Source of the DNA: an uncultured Nitrospirales bacterium
GTDB lineage: Bacteria; Hydrogenedentota; Hydrogenedentia; Hydrogenedentales; JAGMZX01
Direction: 5' to 3'
Length of the DNA: 61,801 nucleotides
NCBI GenBank assembly: GCA_964569295.1
Contig: CAZMVU010000006.1
Coordinates: 1-61,801 of the forward strand
The notes beneath the pieces were generated by a model that was given only the letters and a program-made list of their open reading frames with translations, made no database searches and was not told the DNA's origin. Within the stretch, counting starts at the first letter, position 1. Each line of letters begins with the position of its first letter. The position numbers were made by a program, and so were the translations under genes. Shown piece after piece: positions 33,643-43,420 of the stretch.

Positions 33643-34878
33643 ATGACACAACGGAAATTCAAGCGCAAGCGTTCACAAGATCCCAACCTTACCCGGATCA
33701 TCCTGGTCATTTGCGTGGTCCTGGCCGCCGGTTACGGCGGATTCCGCTTGTTCGGCGGCGACCGCCAGGAGGAGGCCGAGGCCGCGCGCTACTCGCACAT
33801 CGAGAAAGCGCGCGACCTGGTCGCCGCGTCCGCGTTCGCCGAAGCCCGGGCCGTTCTCGCGCCCATGGTGGCGCAAGAGACAAACTCGCGGGTCACGCCC
33901 GAGGCCTTGGCGCTCATGGCCAAAGTCGAGGAGGAAGAAGGCAACCCGGATGCCGCGATCACGCGCTTACAGCAGCTCATCGATCAATACCCCACAGCCC
34001 CGGAACGCCCCGAGGCCATGCTCGAACTCGCCGCCCTCTTGCGCGACGCCGGCAACGAGGAACAGGCCACACAGTATTACAAAGAAGTCGAGAAAAACAC
34101 GCCACCGGATATTCGCGCAGCCGCCTTGGTCGGCCTGGCTCAGGAAGCTGAGCGCCGGGGCAATGTGGATGCGGCCCGCGCCCAATACCGACAGGCCGCA
34201 CAGGATGCCCTGTTCGGAAGTCCGTCTCACGACGCCGCCATCGACGCGCTGGGCAAGCTCAATGTGGCACGCGTCTTCGCCCGCGGGCAAACGCCCGACA
34301 GCAAGGTCTATTCGGTCGAACCCGGCGATAACCTCACGAGCATCGGCATCAAGCTGAACACGACACAGGGCCTGCTCATGCGGGCCAACGGCATCGAGGA
34401 TCCGTCGCGCTTACGGGTGGGCCAGCGGTTGAAATGGACGCCCAAGGACTTCCAAATCGTTATTGATCGCACACACTGCAAACTGTACCTTCTGGACAGC
34501 GACGGCATTTTCAAGCGGTACAAGGTGGGGCTGGGAAAACCGGGATACGAAACCACGCTCGGCAAGTACAAGATCGGCAACAAAGAAAAGCACCCCACCT
34601 GGTTCAAGCCGGGCGCGGGCCCTATTCCCTCCGGCGACCCGCGCAATGAACTGGGCACCCGCTGGATGCCGCTCGTGCCGGTCGAAGAAGGCCTTCCAAA
34701 AGACCTGGGCATTCACGGCACCATCGACCCGGAAACCATCGGCTACCACTCGTCCCACGGCTGCGCGCGCCTGTATCCGGCGGCGGTGGAAGAACTGTAT
34801 GATCTCGTGGTACGCTCGACGCCCGTCGAGATTGTGGAGGAGTATCAGCCGGACGAACATGCCATTGCGGCGCAGTAA
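33643..34878 (+). CDS. Membrane-anchored TPR-LysM-L,D-transpeptidase (YkuD family)
   Basis: N-terminal TM, TPR helices, LysM (YSVEPGDNL), GIHGT...SHGCAR catalytic motif. Confidence 0.92.
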   Translation: MTQRKFKRKRSQDPNLTRIILVICVVLAAGYGGFRLFGGDRQEEAEAARYSHIEKARDLVAASAFAEARAVLAPMVAQETNSRVTPEALALMAKVEEEEGNPDAAITRLQQLIDQYPTAPERPEAMLELAALLRDAGNEEQATQYYKEVEKNTPPDIRAAALVGLAQEAERRGNVDAARAQYRQAAQDALFGSPSHDAAIDALGKLNVARVFARGQTPDSKVYSVEPGDNLTSIGIKLNTTQGLLMRANGIEDPSRLRVGQRLKWTPKDFQIVIDRTHCKLYLLDSDGIFKRYKVGLGKPGYETTLGKYKIGNKEKHPTWFKPGAGPIPSGDPRNELGTRWMPLVPVEEGLPKDLGIHGTIDPETIGYHSSHGCARLYPAAVEELYDLVVRSTPVEIVEEYQPDEHAIAAQ

Positions 34879-35019
34879 GCATGGCGATTCGCCGGCTCTA
34901 TTCGCGCGCAGGAACCGTTTCGGACGAGGCGGCGAGCTGCGGCCAGCAGTGGGGTGGTTCTCTTGACCAATCCTAAACCAGAACCGTTGCTCATGCGTAT
35001 CACTGGCCGGGGAGAACCC

Positions 35020-36582
35020 ATGGACCGGCACACCGGGGTGCTGGCCCCGGTCGATGATCTGGCGCTCTACCACCTGATCGCCGACAGCATGGTGCGCGCC
35101 CTGGCGCAACATAGCGCTGAGGAACTCGTCATGGTGGTGGACAGCCACACGGCCCGGCGCCTGGAATCCATCGAAGAAATACGCCCGGCGGCGGCAGCCA
35201 TCTACCATTACGGCGACCCGCCCAGCGAGTGGGGACATGCCGGCAATCTCACGGTTATCGTGGATGGCGGCGAATTCCGCGCGGAAGACTGTATTCTGCT
35301 TCTGTTCAACAGGCAGGCCGCCCTCGCCATACTCGGCACGCGCAATCCGGCCGTCGAGCATGGCGCCGACTCCTTCACCGGCGCCTGGACCAGTCACCGC
35401 GAGAGCGTACAGCGTATCCTCGCGCGGCTGCCCGAATGCGGGCATGTGGCCATGCCCGCGCCTGACAAGGAACCGGGAAGCCTTCTCGAAACGAGCATGC
35501 ACTTGGCCACACTGCACACCAACCTGCTCGTTTCACGCCAACGCACTATCTCGATGGACAAGGACGATCTGGCTTCGGTACTGGAAATCCTCAAGGCCAT
35601 ATCGGCCAAGCGCAGCGCCCACGACATTCTCTTCGTCTTTGTCGAGAACATCGCGCGGGTTGTCAGCAGCGACCGGTGCTCCATTGTGCGGGTTTGGGGC
35701 AAGCACAAGACCGGTCAGGTACTCGCCTCGCATGAAGACGCCAGCCTTACGAACCGTAAAATCGAGCTCAGCAAGTACCCCGAGCTGAAACATGTGCTGC
35801 ATTCGACGGAAAAGATCGTCATCAACGATGTGTACAACCACCCCATCACCAAGCCATGCGTGCCAGACCTGAAGAAGACGCATATCCGCTCGCTTTTGGT
35901 GATCCCCATCGTCTTGTTCGATCGCAATGTGGGCTCGCTCTTTCTGCGCGCCATGCGCACCGCGGGCAGCTTTACCCTGCGCGAAATCAGCTTCTTCGAG
36001 ATCGTGGCCGAAGCGGCCGCCAACGCCCTTGAACGCGCCGAACTCTTCGAAAGCATCCAGCAGGCAAACGAACGCCTCGAGTACCTCGCCACCACCGACG
36101 GTCTGACCGGGCTCTTCAACCACCGCAGCTTCCGCGAACGCCTCGAGGAGGAGGTGCAGCGCGCCTTGCGCTACCAGACCCCGCTGGCGTGCATGATTTT
36201 CGACGTGGACAATTTTAAGACCATCAACGACTCGTATGGCCATCTCCAGGGCGACAGCATTCTCGCGGAGATAGCCGAGCGCACCAACCGCACCGTGCGC
36301 CGCACCGACATCGTGGCGCGGTATGGCGGCGAGGAATTCGTCGTTATCATGCCGCAAACCGGTCCGGGCGGCGCGCTCACCCAGGCGGAACGTGTGCGCG
36401 CGGAAATCGCCAAGTTGCCTTTCAAGAGCAACCGCGGCGGTATACCGGTGAGTGTCAGCGTGGGGGTGGCCGTACTCGAACACGGCGCCGCCCAGGACTC
36501 CGAGGGATTGATACTCAAAGCGGATCGCGCCTTGTATAAGGCGAAAGCGGCGGGTAAGAATTGCGTGAGCGCGGCCGAATGA
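35020..36582 (+). CDS. Diguanylate cyclase with GAF and probable DICT-like sensory domain
   Basis: TDGLTGLFN, RRTD I-site, intact RYGGEEF; GAF region; N-terminal region ending FTGAWT; GGAG RBS. Confidence 0.9.
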   Translation: MDRHTGVLAPVDDLALYHLIADSMVRALAQHSAEELVMVVDSHTARRLESIEEIRPAAAAIYHYGDPPSEWGHAGNLTVIVDGGEFRAEDCILLLFNRQAALAILGTRNPAVEHGADSFTGAWTSHRESVQRILARLPECGHVAMPAPDKEPGSLLETSMHLATLHTNLLVSRQRTISMDKDDLASVLEILKAISAKRSAHDILFVFVENIARVVSSDRCSIVRVWGKHKTGQVLASHEDASLTNRKIELSKYPELKHVLHSTEKIVINDVYNHPITKPCVPDLKKTHIRSLLVIPIVLFDRNVGSLFLRAMRTAGSFTLREISFFEIVAEAAANALERAELFESIQQANERLEYLATTDGLTGLFNHRSFRERLEEEVQRALRYQTPLACMIFDVDNFKTINDSYGHLQGDSILAEIAERTNRTVRRTDIVARYGGEEFVVIMPQTGPGGALTQAERVRAEIAKLPFKSNRGGIPVSVSVGVAVLEHGAAQDSEGLILKADRALYKAKAAGKNCVSAAE

Positions 36583-36641
36583 CCAACCGCGACAACCATG
36601 CCCCGTCTACGCGTGGGCACATGTACAAAGGAAACCCTCCC

Positions 36642-37211
36642 ATGCCGATGCGTAAGCACCTTTCCCTGCTCTTGGTGGTCGTGTGTACAGCCGTTTGCCT
36701 GGCGCCGGGCTGCCGCTCGACCATCGGGTCATTCGTGCACCTACGCCCAGATTACGCCGGCCTGCCCACACAAACCCTCGAGGCAACGGCGGCGGAAATC
36801 GAAGCCGCCGTTGAAGACGGCAACCGCGCTGCGGAACTCGCGGATCGGGAAGATTGCGTACTCTCGGCCAATGTGCGCCAAGCCATCCGCACGCGCGCCG
36901 CGCGCATCGAATTGGTCGATCGGCTGCGCGATGCCGGCTTCGCCTACGAACGCCGCAACGGGCGGCTGTCGCTCCTGCGCTCCTCGGCCTATAAAAAAGC
37001 CACTACGCGCCAGGACCGCGATCGTAACGCCATGCTCATCATGGGCGAGAACGACGACCGGTGGGTGATCTACGAAGGTATTCTCGACGCCAACGGATAT
37101 CCCCCAAAATCGTTGAGCGCCATACAGGCCATTTTCTTCGAGACCCGCAAGGACCTGCTCGACCCCGGCCAGCTCTACGAAAACGAGGCCGGCGACCCCA
37201 TCACGAAGTAG
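36642..37211 (+). CDS. DUF1318/YdbL-like lipoprotein
   Basis: LAPG-C lipobox; G...E...G.L and EN.DR..IY patterns. Confidence 0.65.
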   Translation: MPMRKHLSLLLVVVCTAVCLAPGCRSTIGSFVHLRPDYAGLPTQTLEATAAEIEAAVEDGNRAAELADREDCVLSANVRQAIRTRAARIELVDRLRDAGFAYERRNGRLSLLRSSAYKKATTRQDRDRNAMLIMGENDDRWVIYEGILDANGYPPKSLSAIQAIFFETRKDLLDPGQLYENEAGDPITK

Positions 37212-37224
37212 GAAGCGGCTGCGT

Positions 37225-38283
37225 TTATCGGTTGCTCGGGCCGGTGCGGGCCAAGATTTCACTGACCGGCCCGGCGCTGGGGGGCTGATAAGGAACAAAA
37301 GCCGTGTGGCCATCCATATAGAGGACATTGGCGCCGCCGGGCGGGTGATTGAATTGACTCACTTCAGTGGCTATGTGGTCCATCATGATCCAAATCTGAC
37401 TCGCGGCCTGGGTGCTGGCTGAAGGCGCATGGATATTGGTAATCAGAAAGCGCTCGATTCCTTGCTTTAGACGATATACCGTGTCGCCTTTGGCATTGCC
37501 CAACGGCGCCCCCACCTGATAATCCCGGTCCCGAGCACCATTCGGATTGCTGGCCGTATTGCTCTCGACAATGAAGCCGGCCAGCAGCGCGAGCAATTGC
37601 GCGGAGCCGATTTCCCCGGGGTCTTGCTGGGAGAAGGCGCCAAAATCCGCGGCTTCGGGGTAATTGGCGCGGAACTCGGCGATGCTGTAAATGGGATCAT
37701 AATCTCCCACTTGGTCCAACACCCAGCCCAGATATACGTAACTCACACTGATGGCCAGCACCCCTTGATCAGCAGCCACACGCGTATCAGTGGGCCCCGG
37801 CGGAAAAACCGGCCGGCCACTGGCGCGATCCTGCACATAGTACGCGTGCAGGTTGTATTCTCCATCCGCATCCTGCAGGGCGCCCACGTCATGCAGAGGA
37901 TCGGAGGGGCAGACCACGATTTGAGGATCGGTCAGGTATTCAGGATAGACTGCACCCACGAGCGGGCCGCTAGCAAGGAAGACATCCCGGCCGGTGACCT
38001 CGATAAATTCCGCCTGGAACGGGGGAAAGCGTTCGCCAGGAGCCTCGCTCGCATACATCGTGAAGATGAAACCCCATTGCTTGAGGTTGTTTTGGCAGCT
38101 TGCGCGGCGCGCTGCTTCGCGTGCTCTGCTCAACGCAGGCAGCAGCATAGCTACCAGCATGCTGATGATTGCAATAACCGCGATCACCTCCAGAAGGGAG
38201 AATCCCGGAGGGGGCTTTGGGCGGACAGCGTAGGCACCCCGGCCTTCGATACCGTACCCGTTCTTTCCTCGCTGCCACTTCAT
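37225..38283 (-). CDS. DUF1559-type prepilin-like protein with C-terminal H-x9/10-DG motif
   Basis: [55 protein letters not shown]. Confidence 0.88.
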   Translation of the reverse strand: MKWQRGKNGYGIEGRGAYAVRPKPPPGFSLLEVIAVIAIISMLVAMLLPALSRAREAARRASCQNNLKQWGFIFTMYASEAPGERFPPFQAEFIEVTGRDVFLASGPLVGAVYPEYLTDPQIVVCPSDPLHDVGALQDADGEYNLHAYYVQDRASGRPVFPPGPTDTRVAADQGVLAISVSYVYLGWVLDQVGDYDPIYSIAEFRANYPEAADFGAFSQQDPGEIGSAQLLALLAGFIVESNTASNPNGARDRDYQVGAPLGNAKGDTVYRLKQGIERFLITNIHAPSASTQAASQIWIMMDHIATEVSQFNHPPGGANVLYMDGHTAFVPYQPPSAGPVSEILARTGPSNR

Positions 38284-38433
38284 CGATACGGCCTTCTTAC
38301 AACATGCCCGTTCCTGGTGCGGTGTTGCTGGCACGGCTCCCGCCTTTTGCCGAAAGCCCATGACAACACGCCGTGAAAAAGCTTGGGCTGCGCTGCACAC
38401 GGACACGCAGGGCTATTGCACGCCCATTTATCC

Positions 38434-39417
38434 CTACCAGCCGCGGGCGCGCATGGCGGCCATGGGTTCGCGGTCCGTGGCGGTCGGCGGTTGGTACGAC
38501 AAGCCGCTGATCGCCTCGCGTTCTTCTCGAGTCAGCCGGATATCCAGGCACTGGGTGCTCTCTTCCCACTGTTCGAGGTTGCGCGCGCCGAGAATCGGCG
38601 CCGTGACCAGCGGATGCGCCATAACCCATGCCACCGCCAGCGCGGCCGGCGACAAGCCCCGCTCTTTCGCGTGGTCCACGAACTTCTTTGTCACCTCCGC
38701 ATATAACGCATTGTCGTAGCGCTGGCGGTACATCTCGACCTGGGTAAGCCGTCCCGCTGCGCCTTCCTGCAAGTACTTGCCCGTGAGCATGCCCGCGCCC
38801 AGCGCGTTGTACGGAACCACCGCGAGCCCTTCCTCGGCCGCCATGGGCAGAATCTCGACTTCCACCTGCCGCTTGATAAGACTGTACATCGGCTGCACCA
38901 CGGTAATGAGCGGGAAACCGTTCAGCCGCGCGGTCTCGAGGGCCTTCATGGTCTGCCAGGCGCTGAAGTTGGACACGCCCACATACAACACCTTGCCTTG
39001 CTGCACAAGTTGATTGACCGCGCTCATCGTGTGCGCGATGTCTGTGTTCTCGTCCCAATGGTGGAGATAGAGCAGATCCAGGTAATCGGTCTTCAACCGC
39101 TTCAACGTCCGCTCGACGGACAGGACCACGTTGCGCCGGTTCAAACCCTCGTCGTTCCGGTTACCCCCGTAGGGAAAAAACACCTTCGACGCGATGATCA
39201 GGTCATGCCGCCGAGACCCGACCCATCGCCCCACGATTTCCTCGGTGGCGCCCTGGTTGTAATTGCACGCCGTATCGAAGAAGTTGATGCCCATGGCGAA
39301 CGCACGGTCCATGAGCTGCCGCGACACCGCCTCATCCGCCTCATTGCCGAACGTCATCGTACCCAACGCCAGTTCCGGCACCAACAGGCCCGTCTTGCCG
39401 AGACGTACATATTCCAT
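38434..39417 (-). CDS. Aldo/keto reductase
   Basis: LGTMTFG, FDTACNY, DYLDLLYLH, GVSNF, QPMYSL. Confidence 0.95.
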   Translation of the reverse strand: MEYVRLGKTGLLVPELALGTMTFGNEADEAVSRQLMDRAFAMGINFFDTACNYNQGATEEIVGRWVGSRRHDLIIASKVFFPYGGNRNDEGLNRRNVVLSVERTLKRLKTDYLDLLYLHHWDENTDIAHTMSAVNQLVQQGKVLYVGVSNFSAWQTMKALETARLNGFPLITVVQPMYSLIKRQVEVEILPMAAEEGLAVVPYNALGAGMLTGKYLQEGAAGRLTQVEMYRQRYDNALYAEVTKKFVDHAKERGLSPAALAVAWVMAHPLVTAPILGARNLEQWEESTQCLDIRLTREEREAISGLSYQPPTATDREPMAAMRARGW

Positions 39418-39583
39418 AGCGGGAAACCCTTCGCGTTGCGTTTTTCATGAGCCCAAAGATCACCCTTTCCTTATACCGATTCACGACAGCAACCCGCAAG
39501 GCACAGCCCCCCCGCAAAACCGCAGTCTTTTCATGACCACGGATTAATTGACTGGCCATACCGTTTTGGACAGGGTGTGCCTC

Positions 39584-39806
39584 ATGAGTCGCCTGGCGCG
39601 CATAGGCGTCCCGGGTGTTCCGCACCATGTGACGCAACGGGGGGAACCGCTGGGCCGGGCCGTGCGTGCGGGACGCGCACACGGTGTACGCGATGTACGT
39701 CAACGCGCGCCCGCGATTGGCAGGGCATGTCTGGCAGGGGCGCTTTCATTCCTGCCCGCTGGAAGACACCTATCTCTGGGCGGCGGTGCGGTATGGGGAG
39801 CGGAAG
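39584..39806 (+). pseudogene. Remnant of REP-associated tyrosine (Y1 HUH) transposase
   Basis: MSRLARIGVPGVPHHVTQRG in one frame; GHVWQGRFHSCPL..YLWAAVRY.ER in another; HUH segment and C-terminus missing. Confidence 0.8.
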
Positions 39807-39931
39807 ACCTCGAAAGAAGAAAAACCCGGAGTTTGTCTCTATGTTTCCCGTCGTACTCTTGTGGGGTAATCTCTCGCCACCTACATGGTGCGCCTTGCAT
39901 AACCGCGGCGGTTGGCTTACGATCCGGTGCC

Positions 39932-41401
39932 ATGGACGTGGCAGACACATGTTTCAGCGAGGCCTATGGGGCATTGCGGGTGCAGGGGCCGTGTGTGCGG
40001 GAGGAGGGGGCGGCGGCAGCAGCGGTGCCGGAGAAGGTGTTGCAATGCGTGTGGTACGACCATTTATTTCCCGAGCGCGGGCTCGTACTGGATGATGGCC
40101 GCTCGTTGCGGGTGGTTTCGCCGGGGTGGTGGAACCATGGCGAAGGTCCGGATTTCAAGGGGGCGCAGCTCGAGATCGCGGGGCGGCTGGTGAATGGCGA
40201 CGTGGAAATACACCACACCCACGGCGGCTGGAAGGCCCATGGCCACCACTTGGACGAACGCTACGAGGGACTCATTCTCCACGTTACCCTGTCGGTGGAG
40301 CAGCCGGCAGCGCCCATCCGCACGGTGAGCGGGAAAGCCGTGCCCACGCTCTTGCTCGGGCGTTACCTGGCGGAGGACTTGGGCGCGCTGGCAGACGCCG
40401 TCGAGTCGCAGGCCTATCCCTACGAGGTGGCGGGCGCTCATGGCGCCTGTTCGGGGTTGATCCCGAAGCAGGGCACCGCAGCCCTCGAGCATTTCCTCGC
40501 ACTGGCAGGCGACTGGCGGATGTTGAACAAGGCACGGGCTTTGCGCGAGCGCATGGACCAGGCATCCCCCGGCCAGGCGATCTACGAGGCCTTTCTGTCG
40601 GCATGCGGCTACAGCCATTTCAAGCAGCATTTCCAGCTCATCGCGCGGCACTTACCCTATGACCGCGTGCGCCAACTGGCCCTGCAAGACCCCCTGCTGG
40701 CGGAGGCGGCGCTGTTGCAGATCGCGGGATTATTGCCCGACCCGCTGCCGCAAGGCACTACGGCGGCACCGCACTATGCACGAATTCGCGCGCTACGCCG
40801 GGATCACCTGCCCGGGCTGCGTGCGTTACCGCTCACATGGCGGCGCGTGGGCGTGCGGCCCAATAACAACCCGGAGCGGCGGCTGGCAGGGGCGGCGCGT
40901 TTTCTCTCGCGCACGGCGCAGGAGGGGCTTGCGGAGAGCCTCGAGGCGGTGTGGCGGGAAGACTTGAAACCTGTGGCGCGGCGGCGGCGCTTCGAGAGCT
41001 TGTTCCCCCATGCCTTGGGGTTTTGGGCGAATCATTGCACGTGGACAGGCAAGCGCCTCACAAGGGCGACCGCCCCCCTGGGCACAGCGCGCATACGCTC
41101 GATTATCGGCAATGTGTTTATACCCGCCGCGCTGGCATCGGCACGGGCGCAACGCAACCGCCGGCGCGAGGAATGCATCCACACCTTCTACGTGGCGCTC
41201 CCGAAGGAGTCTGACAACCAGATTACGAAAATCATGCTGCCGCGCGTGCTCGCCGGACACGCCGCGTTGAAGGTGAATTTCCGCATGCAGCAAGGGCTCT
41301 TACAGATGTACCAGGACTGGTGCGAGCCGAACCCCTCGTGCCAGAACTGCGCACTCTACGGACACCTTGCGGCCCGAGGCGGCGCACACAGCAGCGGCTA
41401 G
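39932..41401 (+). CDS. DUF2851 family protein
   Basis: PGWWNHGEGPDF, GDVEIH, W.AHGHH.D.RY...ILHV; C-terminal C-x5-C-x2-C; start inferred. Confidence 0.8.
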   Translation: MDVADTCFSEAYGALRVQGPCVREEGAAAAAVPEKVLQCVWYDHLFPERGLVLDDGRSLRVVSPGWWNHGEGPDFKGAQLEIAGRLVNGDVEIHHTHGGWKAHGHHLDERYEGLILHVTLSVEQPAAPIRTVSGKAVPTLLLGRYLAEDLGALADAVESQAYPYEVAGAHGACSGLIPKQGTAALEHFLALAGDWRMLNKARALRERMDQASPGQAIYEAFLSACGYSHFKQHFQLIARHLPYDRVRQLALQDPLLAEAALLQIAGLLPDPLPQGTTAAPHYARIRALRRDHLPGLRALPLTWRRVGVRPNNNPERRLAGAARFLSRTAQEGLAESLEAVWREDLKPVARRRRFESLFPHALGFWANHCTWTGKRLTRATAPLGTARIRSIIGNVFIPAALASARAQRNRRREECIHTFYVALPKESDNQITKIMLPRVLAGHAALKVNFRMQQGLLQMYQDWCEPNPSCQNCALYGHLAARGGAHSSG

Positions 41402-41584
41402 CACCGCACGGCCACGGGTTCGCCGGTCTGCCAGGCCATCACAGACCGGGGCGCCCTGGCTGGTACTGCCGCCGTTTTCCCGCTGAACCAAAAAATCTGG
41501 TAAACTTCAGCATATAGAGGCAGAAGCGGCTTTCTTCTGTGCGAGTGCATCACTTGCGAGGCAGATGCACTTGCCATCTGAGAC

Positions 41585-43417
41585 ATGTCACAACAACCTT
41601 GTAAGAGCTATGCAATGCGAACCTTTACCGCGCGCGCAATAGGCGTGTTGGTTGTCTTGTTTGCGCTGTCGGCAGTTGTTCCGGTCACGGCCGGCGAATG
41701 CGCGGATTGCGCCGGCGGTGCTGTCGATGATCTGACGGCGAATTGGCTGGCGTGGGAAGGCTATGACCTCGAAGTTTACCGGCTGGTGGTCTCGTGGACC
41801 GAGCGCACGCGGTTCCGCGACGAAATGGTTACGGGGTACCGCGTGGCGCCGCGCGACGGCGGGCCGGCGGTCGACCTCTACCGCGATGCGGATTGGAACC
41901 GCTTGGATACGGACGCATTGGCGGCGCGGGGTATCGCCGAGAAAACGTGGGACACCGCCCCCGTAATGCGCCAGCCGGAAATCGCCCCCGGCTTCGCGAA
42001 AACCCGGCGCACTCCGCCCACCCTTCCCGCACTCCCCAAGAGTATGCGGCCGGCGGACAGCACGCACCTGGGCGCCCTCGACCTGGGTCCCATCATCGAG
42101 GAAGATGCCGCACGCGCACAGGACGCCAAGCACGCCACCCGCTACGGGGTTTTCCGGGAACTGCCGCGCCCCTTGCGGCTACGTGCGCCGCTGGATGCGC
42201 CGGGGCAATGGCACGAAGCGGCAAACGGACGCCGTGCGGCGCGCCTCACCATTCATTCGCCCGGCGCGGTGGGCATGCGTGTACACTTTGCGGCGTTCAC
42301 CCTGCCCGAAGACGCCACGGCCTTCCTCGTGAATGCCGCGGATACGCAGGAACGCTATGCCCTCGACCCCGATGCGGAATGGAGCGCCTCCTGTTTTGCC
42401 GAATCCGTGGATGTGCTGGTCTTCGTGCCCTCAGATAGCGATGGCGACGTCGCCATTACGGTAGACCGTATCGCGCATCTCTACCGCAGCCTCGATAAGC
42501 TGCCCTTCGCCAAAGCGGCGGGCGACTGTAACCTCGATGTGGCGTGCTACCCCGCGTGGACAACCGCGGCACTTGGCGTGGGCGGGATTGGAAGCATCGG
42601 GAACGAGGGCGCACTCTGGTGTACGGGCAGTCTGTTGGTGGACAGCACGCCGAACTCCTCCATCCCCTATTTTGTCACCGCCAACCATTGCGTGGGCAGT
42701 AGTGGCGCGGCAGCCAACATCGAGGTTTACTGGCTGTATCAGAGTCCCGCCTGCGGCGAGGCCGCACCGGCCCCGGCCACGGTGCCGCGTACGACCGGAG
42801 GCGCGGACCTCCTCACGACGTCATCCCGCAGCACCGGCACGGATTTCACCCTGTTGCAACTGCGCGAAGACCCGCCGCCGGGCCTTGTTTACCTCGGTTT
42901 CGCCACCGAACCACAAACCGTGGACACACCGGTGACCGGTATCCATCATCCCAGCGGCGACTTCAAGCGGATCAGCTTCGGCAACCTGGTGGAATCCGGC
43001 AGCCCGTCCAATAACGATAACCCGCTCTCTTCACGAGCGCGCTACCACGAAGTACTCTGGAGCGCTGGCACCACCGAGGGCGGCTCGTCCGGGAGCCCGC
43101 TCCTGCTTGAAGACAGTCAGTTATTCATCGGCCAGTTGTGGGGCGGGCGCGCCTCGTGCTATGCGACGGATGAACCGGATTATTACGGGCGGTTCGATGT
43201 GAGTTATCCCCTGGCAGCGGATTGGCTGGGGGTGCCCATCGACGATCCCTTCGACGTGAATAAGTCGGGCGAAGTAAACGCGGCTGATCTCCAGTTGGTG
43301 ATCCAGGCCGTGCTCGATAATGCGTTCACAGAGGCGGTCGATGTGGACCGCAATGGTGTTGTGGATGCACGGGATATACAACGATTGGTCCTTGTAATAC
43401 TGCAAGAACAAGGATAG
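41585..43417 (+). CDS. Secreted lysyl-endopeptidase-like S1 serine protease with C-terminal dockerin-like pair
   Basis: CTGSLL, TANHC, DFTLL, HHPSGDFKRIS, GSSGSP; DVNKSGEVNAAD and DVDRNGVVDARD. Confidence 0.88.
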   Translation: MSQQPCKSYAMRTFTARAIGVLVVLFALSAVVPVTAGECADCAGGAVDDLTANWLAWEGYDLEVYRLVVSWTERTRFRDEMVTGYRVAPRDGGPAVDLYRDADWNRLDTDALAARGIAEKTWDTAPVMRQPEIAPGFAKTRRTPPTLPALPKSMRPADSTHLGALDLGPIIEEDAARAQDAKHATRYGVFRELPRPLRLRAPLDAPGQWHEAANGRRAARLTIHSPGAVGMRVHFAAFTLPEDATAFLVNAADTQERYALDPDAEWSASCFAESVDVLVFVPSDSDGDVAITVDRIAHLYRSLDKLPFAKAAGDCNLDVACYPAWTTAALGVGGIGSIGNEGALWCTGSLLVDSTPNSSIPYFVTANHCVGSSGAAANIEVYWLYQSPACGEAAPAPATVPRTTGGADLLTTSSRSTGTDFTLLQLREDPPPGLVYLGFATEPQTVDTPVTGIHHPSGDFKRISFGNLVESGSPSNNDNPLSSRARYHEVLWSAGTTEGGSSGSPLLLEDSQLFIGQLWGGRASCYATDEPDYYGRFDVSYPLAADWLGVPIDDPFDVNKSGEVNAADLQLVIQAVLDNAFTEAVDVDRNGVVDARDIQRLVLVILQEQG

Positions 43418-43420
43418 GCC

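Noticed and set aside
39548..41401. 617-aa ORF as a transposase-DUF2851 fusion
   Set aside because: Transposase similarity switches frame at about 39666 and the linker is not protein-like; better explained as a pseudogene plus a separate gene
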